A stretch of DNA of 64,000 bases from an uncultured Armatimonadetes bacterium (GTDB lineage Bacteria; Armatimonadota; Hebobacteria; Hebobacterales; Hebobacteraceae): the NCBI GenBank assembly GCA_963716175.1, contig OY970296.1, positions 1,440,001 through 1,504,000 of the forward strand, written 5' to 3'. How positions within the stretch are numbered: position 1 is the first letter of the stretch; each line of letters begins with the position of its first letter. The notes under the pieces are model-generated. The model had not been told where the DNA came from and ran no database searches. It saw nothing but the letters and a program-made list of their open reading frames with translations. Positions 9,551-18,139 of this stretch are shown one piece after another. A program made the position numbers and the translations under genes.

Positions 9551-11326
9551 ATGACAGCGCTAGCGGGGCAGCAGATTCCTGTCGGCTTCGGCCGGGGCCG
9601 GCAGACGAATAGGATTGTCGTTTTCCGGACCAGCACCGTGCTCTCCGAATCCATCCCGCCGGAGCTCTACCAGTGGGGGCCGGAGGAGCATCTCGACTAC
9701 TGGTCGCAGGCGGCGGTGGATGGGTTCGTCTTCGGTGCGGAGGCTACTGGCTTCGACTTCGTCTGGCGGACCTGGAAGAAGGGCGAGTCACAAGCGAAGG
9801 CCGTGGAAGGTCTGCTCGCGCACGACGCGGTGATCGTGCTGGTCCCGCGAGACGAGGATACCTCCCTGATCCAGCAGCTCGCCGCTTGCGGCCTGCCGGT
9901 GGTGCTGGCCTATGGTCGCCGCCCCGACCCGCGCCTGCCCTGGGTGGCCTGTGACAATGCGGGCGGGATCAGCCAGGCCGTGCGCCACCTGGCGCGCCTG
10001 GGGCACCAGCGGATCGCCTATCTGGGCGGGCCGCCCAACGTCTCCGACTATCACGAGCGCCAACAAGGATATCTGGCCGGCATCGCTGCGGTGGGCCTGC
10101 CTGTTGACCCCGGCCTGATGATTGACCGCGGCGCCACCTATGAACCGGAGGACATGAGGGCGATGGCCTCTCACCTGCTCCGGCAGCACCCTCGCCCCAC
10201 CGCCATGGTCTGCGCCTCGGATTCGATGGCGAGTGCGGTCATCGAGCAGGCCTGGGAGATGGGGCTCAATGTGCCCGGAGACTTGGCCGTGACCGGGTTC
10301 GACGACTCTCAGGAAGCGCTGCAGACCATCCCTCATCTCACTACCATCCGGCAGCCGGTGCTCGAGATCGCCAATCGGGCCATGTACCTGGCGGCCTGCG
10401 CGGCAGTGGGGCAGGAGCCGGGCACCGGGAGCTGGCAGCTCGAGCTGCCGGTGAGCCTGGTGATTCGGGAATCCTGCGGGCCGGCGCCGGGGGCCAAGGC
10501 TCCGGCGGGAGAGCATCCGGCGCCAGAGGCCGGTCCCCAGACCGTGCGCCAGGAGCTGGAGTGGCGGATGCGGCAGTTGGCCGGGATGAACCAGGAGATG
10601 CGGGAGCTGCTCTATGTCGCCTCCCACGATCTGCGGGCGCCGCTGATCACCATTCAGGGTTTCGCCGGCACCCTGGAGCGCAAGTATGGGCAGGCCCTGG
10701 ACGAGCGCGGGAGGGACTACCTGTTCCGCATCCGGCGCAGCGTGGACAACATGCGGGAGCTGATTGACGCCCTGCTGTCCTTGTCCCGCGCCCACAACCA
10801 GCCGCTGGACCTGCGGCCGGTGTCCAGCCGGGAGGTGGTCGAGCGGGTGCTGTCTGACCTGGAGAGCACGATCGCGCAGAAGCGGGCGCGCATGCGCGTC
10901 GCCCGGCACCTGCCGACCGTGGTGGTGGACGAACTGGCGCTGTACCAGGTATTCCTGAACCTGATCGGCAATGCGCTCAAGTATCTGGGAGACCAGCCGG
11001 CCGCGCTTATCTCCATTTCCTACCAGCTCCGGCCGGAGGAGCATGAGTTCTCGGTGCAGGACAACGGGGTGGGGATTGCGCCGGACCACCAGGAGGAAGT
11101 GTTCCAGGCGTTTCGGCGTCTGGGGGAGGTAGAGACGGAAGGCGCGGGGATTGGCCTGACCACGGTGAAGCGCGTCATCCTGCGGCACGGGGGACGGATC
11201 TGGGTTGACTCCCAGAAGGGACAGGGCGCCACTTTCCGCTTCACTCTGCCGCGGAGGGAGGTCAACTATGACCGCGACAGCGCCGATGGCGTCCAGACTC
11301 AACCGCACTCTGGCGTGGCGCGCTAG
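9551..11326 (+). CDS. Cytoplasmic sensor histidine kinase with a LacI/GalR-type ligand-binding domain (copy 1)
   Basis: 'V.CDN.GG..AV.HL..LGH.RIA', 'VPGDLAVTGFDD', 'LTTIRQP'; H-box 'ASHDLRAPL'; N and G boxes 'NLIGNALKY', 'DNGVGI', 'GAGIGL'. Confidence 0.9.
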   Translation: MTALAGQQIPVGFGRGRQTNRIVVFRTSTVLSESIPPELYQWGPEEHLDYWSQAAVDGFVFGAEATGFDFVWRTWKKGESQAKAVEGLLAHDAVIVLVPRDEDTSLIQQLAACGLPVVLAYGRRPDPRLPWVACDNAGGISQAVRHLARLGHQRIAYLGGPPNVSDYHERQQGYLAGIAAVGLPVDPGLMIDRGATYEPEDMRAMASHLLRQHPRPTAMVCASDSMASAVIEQAWEMGLNVPGDLAVTGFDDSQEALQTIPHLTTIRQPVLEIANRAMYLAACAAVGQEPGTGSWQLELPVSLVIRESCGPAPGAKAPAGEHPAPEAGPQTVRQELEWRMRQLAGMNQEMRELLYVASHDLRAPLITIQGFAGTLERKYGQALDERGRDYLFRIRRSVDNMRELIDALLSLSRAHNQPLDLRPVSSREVVERVLSDLESTIAQKRARMRVARHLPTVVVDELALYQVFLNLIGNALKYLGDQPAALISISYQLRPEEHEFSVQDNGVGIAPDHQEEVFQAFRRLGEVETEGAGIGLTTVKRVILRHGGRIWVDSQKGQGATFRFTLPRREVNYDRDSADGVQTQPHSGVAR

Positions 11327-11374
11327 ACGCGGTGCCTGCGCCGCCGCAGGGCCGGTCCGAGGTCGGCATCCGGT

Positions 11375-11386
11375 TTGTGGAATAAC
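11375..11386 (+). promoter_or_regulatory. TTGTGGAATAAC motif, copy 2 of 3
   Basis: Exact repeat 33 bp upstream of ATG 11420. Confidence 0.6.
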
Positions 11387-11419
11387 CGTGGGAATGTCGC
11401 CGACACGAGAGTTCGAGAC

Positions 11420-13198
11420 ATGATCACCCAGCTGGTCTCGCCCCGGGTGCCGGTCGGCTTCGGGCGAGGCCGCGTCACCAATAGGATCGTTGTGCTCGAA
11501 GCCGAGACCGCCGTCTGGCCCCGTGACCCTTCTTTCATCTCCCAATGGGGGCCCGAGGAGCGGCTGGACCCCTGGGAGCTGGCCGCCGCCAACGGCTTCA
11601 TCTACGGCGCCAGGGAAGCCGGATTCGATCTGGCCTGGAAGTTCTGGAGGCAGGAGCAGTCGGCAGAGGAGCTGGCGGCAGCTCTGCTCGGCTACGACGC
11701 CATCATCTTCCCCGCCCCCCATGACGAGCACATGCCGCTGGTTGAGCTGCTGGCGGAGTCGGGCCTGCCCCTGGTGCTGGCCTTCTCCCGCCGTCTGGAC
11801 CCGCGCTGGTGTTGGGTGGCCTGCGACAATCGGGCAGGTATGGCGCAGGTGGTCCGCCATCTGGCGCGCCTGGGTCACAGGCGGATTGCCTTCGTCGGAG
11901 GGCCGCGCAACATCCATGACTTCCGGGAGCGGGAGCAAGGCTACCTCACCGGTATGGCCACTGTCGGTTTGTCGCTCGACCCTGCTCTGATCGTGGCACT
12001 CAACGACTACCGAGAGCCGGCCGAGCTGAACAGCGTCGCCACCGCCTTGCTGGGCCAACCCAACCGCCCGACCGCGGTGGTCTGTGGCGATGATGGCATC
12101 GCCTGCGGGATGATCGAGCAGCTGTCCGCGCTAGGCCTCAGGGTGCCAGAGGATCTGGCGGTCACTGGTTTCGACGACTCTGAGGAGGCACTGCAGACCA
12201 TCCCTCATCTCACTACCATCCGGCAGCCCGTGGTGGAGATCGCAAACCAGGCCTGTTACCTGGCGGCCTGCGCGGTGCTGGGTCAGCAGCCGGCAACGGG
12301 GAGCTGGCAGCTCGAACTGCCGGTGAGCCTGGTGATTCGGGAATCCTGCGGGGCGGCACCGGGGGTCAAGGCTCCGGCGGGAGAGCATCCGGCGCCAGAG
12401 GCCGGCCCCCAGACTGTGCGCCAGGAGCTGGAGTGGCGGATGCGGCAGCTGGCGGCGATGACCCAGGAGATGCAGGAGCTGCTCTATGTCGCCTCCCACG
12501 ATCTGCGGGCCCCGCTGATCACCATTCAGGGTTTCGCCGGCACCCTGGAGCGCAAGTATGGGCAGGCTCTGGATGAGCGCGGGAGGGACTACCTGTTTCG
12601 CATCCGGCGCAGCGTGGACAACATGCGGGAGCTGATTGACGCCCTGCTGTCCTTGTCCCGCGCCCACAACCAGCCGCTGGACCTGCGGCCGGCGTCCAGC
12701 CAGGAGGCGATCGAGCGGGTGCTGTCTGACCTGGAGAGCACGATCGTGGAGAAGGGGGCGCGGGTGCGGGTGGGGCAGAAGATGCCCACGGTGGTGGCGG
12801 ACCAGCTGGCGCTGTACCAAGTGTTCCTGAACCTGGTGGGGAACGCGCTGAAGTACCTTGGGCAGCAGCGGGCGCCGCTGATCGCGATCACCCACCAGCT
12901 CCGGCCGGAGGAGCATGAGTTCTCGGTGCAGGACAACGGGGTGGGGATTGCGCCGGAGCACCAGGAGGAAGTGTTCCAGGCGTTTCGGCGCTTGGGGGAG
13001 GTAGAGACGGAAGGCGCGGGGATTGGCTTGACCACGGTGAAGCGCATTATCTTGCGGCACGGGGGACGGATCTGGGTTGACTCCCAGAAGGGACAAGGCG
13101 CCACTTTCCGCTTCACCCTGCCGCGGAGGGAGGTCAACTATGACAGCGAGAACGCCGACGGCGATCAAACTCAGCGACATCCTCATCATCGAGGATAA
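11420..13198 (+). CDS. Cytoplasmic sensor histidine kinase with a LacI/GalR-type ligand-binding domain (copy 2)
   Basis: Same architecture as 9551-11326; kinase half nearly identical at DNA level. Confidence 0.9.
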   Translation: MITQLVSPRVPVGFGRGRVTNRIVVLEAETAVWPRDPSFISQWGPEERLDPWELAAANGFIYGAREAGFDLAWKFWRQEQSAEELAAALLGYDAIIFPAPHDEHMPLVELLAESGLPLVLAFSRRLDPRWCWVACDNRAGMAQVVRHLARLGHRRIAFVGGPRNIHDFREREQGYLTGMATVGLSLDPALIVALNDYREPAELNSVATALLGQPNRPTAVVCGDDGIACGMIEQLSALGLRVPEDLAVTGFDDSEEALQTIPHLTTIRQPVVEIANQACYLAACAVLGQQPATGSWQLELPVSLVIRESCGAAPGVKAPAGEHPAPEAGPQTVRQELEWRMRQLAAMTQEMQELLYVASHDLRAPLITIQGFAGTLERKYGQALDERGRDYLFRIRRSVDNMRELIDALLSLSRAHNQPLDLRPASSQEAIERVLSDLESTIVEKGARVRVGQKMPTVVADQLALYQVFLNLVGNALKYLGQQRAPLIAITHQLRPEEHEFSVQDNGVGIAPEHQEEVFQAFRRLGEVETEGAGIGLTTVKRIILRHGGRIWVDSQKGQGATFRFTLPRREVNYDSENADGDQTQRHPHHRG

Positions 13199-13613
13199 CG
13201 AGGATCACCTGTCTCTTACGCTAGAGGCCCTGGAGGACGCGGGGCTGCAGAATCCGGTGCAGAGCGCGACCACGCTGGCGCAGGCGCGGGTCTACCTGCG
13301 GGAGTGCGCGGCGAAGGCGCAAGCCGGGGCCGATTCCCTGCCCTGCGTGATTCTGCTGGATGTCCGGCTCCCCGACGGATCGGGGATGGAGGTGCTGCGG
13401 GAGATCAAGCAGGAACCCCTGCTGCGGTCCATCCCGGTGGTGGTGCTCACCAGTTCGGACGACACGCCGGATGTGCAGAGCGCCTACCTGCTGGGGGCCA
13501 ACAGCTATCTGGTGAAACCGATCGCGTTCGAGGATTTCCACCGCAAGGTGCGAGACGCCGGGCTCTACTGGGCGCTGCTGAATCATTGGTGCCAACCCGA
13601 CTCTCGCGGGTAG
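13140..13613 (+). CDS. Single-domain response regulator (Rcp1-like)
   Basis: 'ILIIEDNEDH', 'ILLDVRLP', 'IPVVVLTSS', 'AYLLGANSYLVKP'; GGAGG RBS; overlaps the kinase 3' end. Confidence 0.92.
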   Translation: MTARTPTAIKLSDILIIEDNEDHLSLTLEALEDAGLQNPVQSATTLAQARVYLRECAAKAQAGADSLPCVILLDVRLPDGSGMEVLREIKQEPLLRSIPVVVLTSSDDTPDVQSAYLLGANSYLVKPIAFEDFHRKVRDAGLYWALLNHWCQPDSRG

Positions 13614-13620
13614 AGTTGCC

Positions 13621-14544
13621 ATGGCGAAGGACGGACAGCTACTGCTGCCGACGCGGGCGGTCCCCAGCGACGCTCTCACCATCGCTTTGGTGGAGGACGA
13701 CCCGGACCACGCTCTGCTGGCCTTGGAGGCCTTGGAGGAGCGAGGGCATCGGGTGGTGCTCTATCGCTGCGCCGGCGACGCCCTGGCCGCCTATCGGCCC
13801 CGGGCCTGGGATGCCATCATCCTCGACTACCGCCTTCCCGACATGAGCGGACTGGAGGCGCTGGACCGCTTCCTCTCCAGGCCGGAGCCTCCGCCGGTGG
13901 TGATGATCACCGCCAGCGGAAGTGAGGAGATCGCAGTGGCCGCGATGAAGCGGGGGGCGAAGGACTACGTGGTGAAGACCGGCACCCACGGCATGGACCT
14001 GGCGCGCGCGGTGGAGCTGGCGGCGGCGAAGCAGCGGATGCAGGACGTGGTGTCACTCCACCAGCGGGAGCTGGAGCGGCGGGCCAACACCGATGCCCTC
14101 ACCGGGCTGCTCAACCGCCACCGCCTGGCGGATGAGCTGAGCATCGCCGCCCTCCGCGCCGCCCTCCGCGGCGACCGCTACGCCATCGCCATGCTCGACA
14201 TTGACGGCTTCAAGCATATCAACGACACCTGCGGCCACGCCGCGGGCGACATGCTGCTGGCCGAGTTCGCCGCGCTGCTGCGGAGCTGCACCCGGAAAGA
14301 GGATCTCCTGGCCCGCTATGGCGGGGATGAGTTCGTGGTGGTGATGCCGGGCGTGGACGAGCGGTCCTGCCTGATCGTGATCGAGCGCATCCGCGCCGCC
14401 CTGGGTGATTTCGAGGCCGCTCGCCGCTTGCATTGCGCGATCTCGGTGAGCATCGGGATCGCCGATTGCTCGGCCGGAGACCCGGAGGACGTGCTGGCGG
14501 CGGCCGACAGCGCCATGTACCGGAACAAAGCGGCGCGGGGCTGA
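13621..14544 (+). CDS. REC-GGDEF diguanylate cyclase
   Basis: REC domain 'LVEDD..ILDYRLPDMSG..DYVVK'; 'RKED' I-site and 'YGGDEF'. Confidence 0.93.
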   Translation: MAKDGQLLLPTRAVPSDALTIALVEDDPDHALLALEALEERGHRVVLYRCAGDALAAYRPRAWDAIILDYRLPDMSGLEALDRFLSRPEPPPVVMITASGSEEIAVAAMKRGAKDYVVKTGTHGMDLARAVELAAAKQRMQDVVSLHQRELERRANTDALTGLLNRHRLADELSIAALRAALRGDRYAIAMLDIDGFKHINDTCGHAAGDMLLAEFAALLRSCTRKEDLLARYGGDEFVVVMPGVDERSCLIVIERIRAALGDFEAARRLHCAISVSIGIADCSAGDPEDVLAAADSAMYRNKAARG

Positions 14545-14648
14545 CGTCGTCTTGCCTCCCGCTCGCTCGGCGGCCGCCTGGCGCTCTGCGCCTGACCCCT
14601 CTCGAAGCCCGGCAAGGCTGCTTCTCTGGCCGCCTGCGGCCTGCGTGC

Positions 14649-14660
14649 TTGTGGAATAAC
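14649..14660 (+). promoter_or_regulatory. TTGTGGAATAAC motif, copy 3 of 3
   Basis: Exact repeat just upstream of the membrane diguanylate cyclase. Confidence 0.6.
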
Positions 14661-14664
14661 AGCA

Positions 14665-16266
14665 TTGGCGCCGGCCGGCGGTGCGGCGTCATCTCGGGCG
14701 GAGGCAGTGGCGCTGCGAGCGGAGCTACATCTACTGGGGCCCCGGCAGACGCGCATCATCCGGGGCATCGTGCTGCTCACGGCCGCGGCTACTGGCGGGC
14801 TGGACGCGGTAGCCGAGGGGCACCTGTGGGCCGGCCTGGCCTTGGCCTTGGGGGGGTCGGCCTACGTCGCCATGACCACCCTGGCTCGCGCGGCCGTGGC
14901 AGACGATTCGCCCCATCACATGGCGCTGGCAGCGGTGGACCTGCTCATGATCACCGCCATCGTGTGGGTCACCGGCGGCGTTCGCAGTGAGTATTACCTG
15001 CTCTACTATGGCCCCATCCTTTATGCGGCGCTGCGGCTGCAGGTGCGGGATGGCATTGCCGCCAGCGTACTGGCGGCGGTGCTCTACCTGTTTGTGGCGA
15101 TGGCCGGCCCGGGGCGAGGCGCGGTGGTGACCACGGCCCCACTCCGGGTGCTGGCGGTGGCTGTCTCCGCCGCCATCATGGTGATTTTCTTCGCTCTGCT
15201 GCGGCAGGAAGCGGCGGCCTATGAGAGCCTGCGAGACCACCTCCACGACTCCTTGCGCCGGGTGAGCGCGGTCTACGACGTGGCCCATGCCGCCAACATC
15301 GGGGCCGGCCTGAGCGCGGTGCTGTCGGTGCTGCTGGAGCAGTCGGCTCTGGTCACCGGCGCCGACCGCGGCGCCATCGCTCTGCTGGCATCACGTGATC
15401 AGCTCCAGCTCGCCGCTACTCTGGGGCCAGACCCGGCGGAGACCGCCAGGGAGGCAGTTGCCGAGCCAGCGCTCCGGGCTCTGGCTGCTGGCACCACGGT
15501 CACTCTGGATGAGAATGGCAGGGCCGCGGGGTCCGGAGCCGGCGGGGTAGCGCGGTCGGTGTACGTTCCGCTGATCACGCCTGGGGGCTCGATCGGGGTG
15601 CTCACGCTCCACTCCCGGCCCTCCCGCAAGCTGCGCCGTGCGCACCAGGAGTTCCTGGCCGGCCTCTGCTCGGAGGCGGCCACCGCCATCGAGAACGTGC
15701 AGCTGCGGGCCCAACTTTACCACCTGGCGAGCACCGATCATCTCACCGGGCTGTGCAATCGCCGCGAGATCGAGCGGCTGCTCGGCCTGGAAGCGGACCG
15801 CGCTCATCGCTACCGCCGGCCGATGACGCTGGTGCTGATGGACATTGACAACCTGAAGCACGTGAATGACTGCCATGGGCATTCGGTCGGGGACCAAGTG
15901 CTATCCGCCCTGGGCCGGATGCTGATCACCGCTCTGCGGAGCTCGGACCGAGCCGGGCGCATGGGAGGGGACGAGTTCCTGGTGGTCCTGCCCGAGAGCG
16001 ATGAGTGCGCGGGCGCGGCGCTGGCCGATCGCATCCGGGAGGGATTCAGCCGGGAGCTGCGGGAGCTGGCAGAGTGGCGGGAGCTGGCTATCCCGGTAGG
16101 CCTGAGCGCCGGTGTGGCGGGCAGCAGCGAGGGCGACATGTTGGCCAGTGAGCTGCTGGCGCGCGCGGATCAGGCGCTTTACACCGCGAAGAGAACCGGC
16201 AGGAACCGGACCTGTATGGCTGAGGTCGGGGGCGCGGTGGCGGCCGAGCGCGCAGCTACCTGGTAG
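14665..16266 (+). CDS. Membrane-bound GAF-GGDEF diguanylate cyclase
   Basis: N-terminal TM bundle, GAF domain ('VPLITPGGSIGVL..AIEN'), 'RSSD..MGGDEF'; start uncertain. Confidence 0.9.
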   Translation: MAPAGGAASSRAEAVALRAELHLLGPRQTRIIRGIVLLTAAATGGLDAVAEGHLWAGLALALGGSAYVAMTTLARAAVADDSPHHMALAAVDLLMITAIVWVTGGVRSEYYLLYYGPILYAALRLQVRDGIAASVLAAVLYLFVAMAGPGRGAVVTTAPLRVLAVAVSAAIMVIFFALLRQEAAAYESLRDHLHDSLRRVSAVYDVAHAANIGAGLSAVLSVLLEQSALVTGADRGAIALLASRDQLQLAATLGPDPAETAREAVAEPALRALAAGTTVTLDENGRAAGSGAGGVARSVYVPLITPGGSIGVLTLHSRPSRKLRRAHQEFLAGLCSEAATAIENVQLRAQLYHLASTDHLTGLCNRREIERLLGLEADRAHRYRRPMTLVLMDIDNLKHVNDCHGHSVGDQVLSALGRMLITALRSSDRAGRMGGDEFLVVLPESDECAGAALADRIREGFSRELRELAEWRELAIPVGLSAGVAGSSEGDMLASELLARADQALYTAKRTGRNRTCMAEVGGAVAAERAATW

Positions 16267-16780
16267 CTCCGCCGCCCTCGCCGTAGGCCGCTGCTACTTC
16301 CTGGGCCACCGCTTGCTTCAGGTCGTCCGCAGTCCAGTACCGGCCCATGTCCTGCGAGAAGTCCACCACATAGGGATGAGGCTTGGCCTGGATGGTGTAC
16401 TCCTTCTCGGTGTTGATCATGAGGCCCTGCACCGTCATCTTCGCGTTCTGAAAGGCCTCTTGCCCCTGCGGCGTGCGGAAGTCAATGTACTTGATGTAGA
16501 CCTTTCCCGGGTACTGCTTGACCAAGCTCTTCATCAAGTCAATCAGCGGTTGGTGCTCGCGGTCTATAGGAAAGAAGGCGACGATCCTCACCTTGGCGTT
16601 CGCCGGTCCCTCCTCGATGATGGGCTTCTCGGGGAGCGGGCTGGTGATGGGCTTCTGGGAGGTGGTGACCGCCTTCTGACCCCTGAACTGCTGGCCGGGC
16701 AGTGTCGGTCGGCCGCAGCCAGCAGGTAGGGCGAGGGCGGCCCCCAGGGCGATGATCCAGAGCCAAGTATGGCGACGCAT
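16256..16780 (-). CDS. Lipoprotein with a thioredoxin-like fold lacking CxxC
   Basis: Lipobox 'LPAGC'; 'KVRIVAFFP..H.PLIDLMKSL..QYPGKVYIKYIDF'. Confidence 0.6.
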   Translation of the reverse strand: MRRHTWLWIIALGAALALPAGCGRPTLPGQQFRGQKAVTTSQKPITSPLPEKPIIEEGPANAKVRIVAFFPIDREHQPLIDLMKSLVKQYPGKVYIKYIDFRTPQGQEAFQNAKMTVQGLMINTEKEYTIQAKPHPYVVDFSQDMGRYWTADDLKQAVAQEVAAAYGEGGGATR

Positions 16781-16934
16781 CACAATCCTCCGTCTGGTTC
16801 GGTTCAGTGGGGAGATTCTGCGCTCGCCTGCGTGCCTCCTGTCCAGGTCTCGCCGAGGCGTGGTGGGCCGTGGTGGTTGGTGGTAGAATAGGGCAAGCCG
16901 GCCTGGCGGCCAGGGCGGTCGTGAGGAGAGAGTA

Positions 16935-17765
16935 GTGCGCGGGGAACTCGAGAGCAAGTACCAGAGGCTGAAGGCCCTCCTGTCGGAGACGGGCGGGATG
17001 GTGGTGGCCTACTCGGGGGGCGTGGACAGCACGCTGCTGCTGCGGGTGGCGGTGGAGGTGCTGGGCGAGCGGGCGCTGGCCGTCACGGCCAGCTCGCAGA
17101 CCTATCCCGCGCAGGAGGTGGCGGAGGCGCTCTGCCTGGCCGGGGAGCTGGGGGCGCGGCTGCGGGAGATCCACACCGAGGAGCTGGCTCACGAGGAGTT
17201 CGCGAGCAACCCGCCCGAGCGCTGCTTCTACTGCAAGCAAGAGCTGTTCGGCAAGCTGGTGGAGATGGCGCGGGAGGAGGGGCTGCCGGCGGTGGCGGAT
17301 GGCAGCAATGTGGATGACACCGGCGACTATCGGCCCGGGATGAGGGCGGCGGCGGAGCTGGGGATTCGCAGCCCGCTGCGGGAGGCCGGATTCACCAAGG
17401 CCGACGTTCGCGAGCTGTCGAAGGAGCTGGGGCTGCCAACCTGGGACAAGCCATCTTTCGCTTGCCTCGCCTCGCGATTCCCCTACGGCGAGCGCATCAC
17501 ACCGGAGAACCTGGGGCGAGTCGGCGCGGCCGAGCAGGTGCTGCGCGAGCTGGGATTTCGCCAGGTGCGAGTGCGCCATCACGGAGACAGCGCCCGCATC
17601 GAAGTGGGGCCCGAGGACCTGGGCCGAGCGATCGAGCCCGAGCATCGCGAGCGCATCGTGTCCGAGCTCACGAAACTGGGCTACCTCTACGTGACCCTGG
17701 ACCTGGAGGGGTATCGGACTGGCAGCATGAACAAGCCGCTGGCGCGAGAGCGGCCCTCTCTGTAG
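16935..17765 (+). CDS. larE: ATP-dependent sacrificial sulfur transferase LarE
   Basis: 'VAYSGGVDST', 'NPPERCFYCK', 'DYRPG', 'KPSFACLASRFPYG', 'RVRHH', 'GYRTGSMN'. Confidence 0.93.
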   Translation: MRGELESKYQRLKALLSETGGMVVAYSGGVDSTLLLRVAVEVLGERALAVTASSQTYPAQEVAEALCLAGELGARLREIHTEELAHEEFASNPPERCFYCKQELFGKLVEMAREEGLPAVADGSNVDDTGDYRPGMRAAAELGIRSPLREAGFTKADVRELSKELGLPTWDKPSFACLASRFPYGERITPENLGRVGAAEQVLRELGFRQVRVRHHGDSARIEVGPEDLGRAIEPEHRERIVSELTKLGYLYVTLDLEGYRTGSMNKPLARERPSL

Positions 17766-17891
17766 GGCGGGCGTGTGGCTAGGCCTGCTACGCAGGCCGC
17801 CATGGCGGTCGAAGACTTAGCCACCCACGCCCGGCGGCCCGCCGCCGGCGGGCTTAGGGGCCTCCTCCCACAGGCTGGGAGCCTGTGCTAC
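17762..17891. repeat. Cluster of GTAG-type REP-like palindromes
   Basis: GTAGGGCGGGCGTGT (17762); reverse GTAGCACAGGCTCCCAGCCTGTG (17869-17891); related copies at about 25563-25580 and 25706-25728. Confidence 0.6.
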
Positions 17892-18139
17892 CCGGGGGGG
17901 CGGTGAACACGGGCTTGCCCGCCGCAGCGTTCACATGGGCAGCTCGAAGGAGCACCCACTCGCGGGTCGGCGGCGGGGATGGCGTCGAGCCGCTTCTGGC
18001 GTTCTCGATCTCAGTGCCGAAGGAGCTGATCCGCAAATGACGCGGAGACCTTACTGCCGGAAGGCAAGGCCAAGGCGAGGAAGCTGCAACGCACATCCCC
18101 CACATCGAATCGCAGGAGCAAGTCTAGGGGAATGTCGGG

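Noticed and set aside
9788-12058. Long antisense ORFs (756 aa here; also 26911-28890, 37287-38678 and 54743-56140)
   Set aside because: Shadow frames of real GC-rich genes with no recognisable motifs
9455-14660. TGTGGAATAA as DnaA boxes or an origin
   Set aside because: One base longer than TGTGGATAA, single copies kilobases apart, and no dnaA or AT-rich unwinding region
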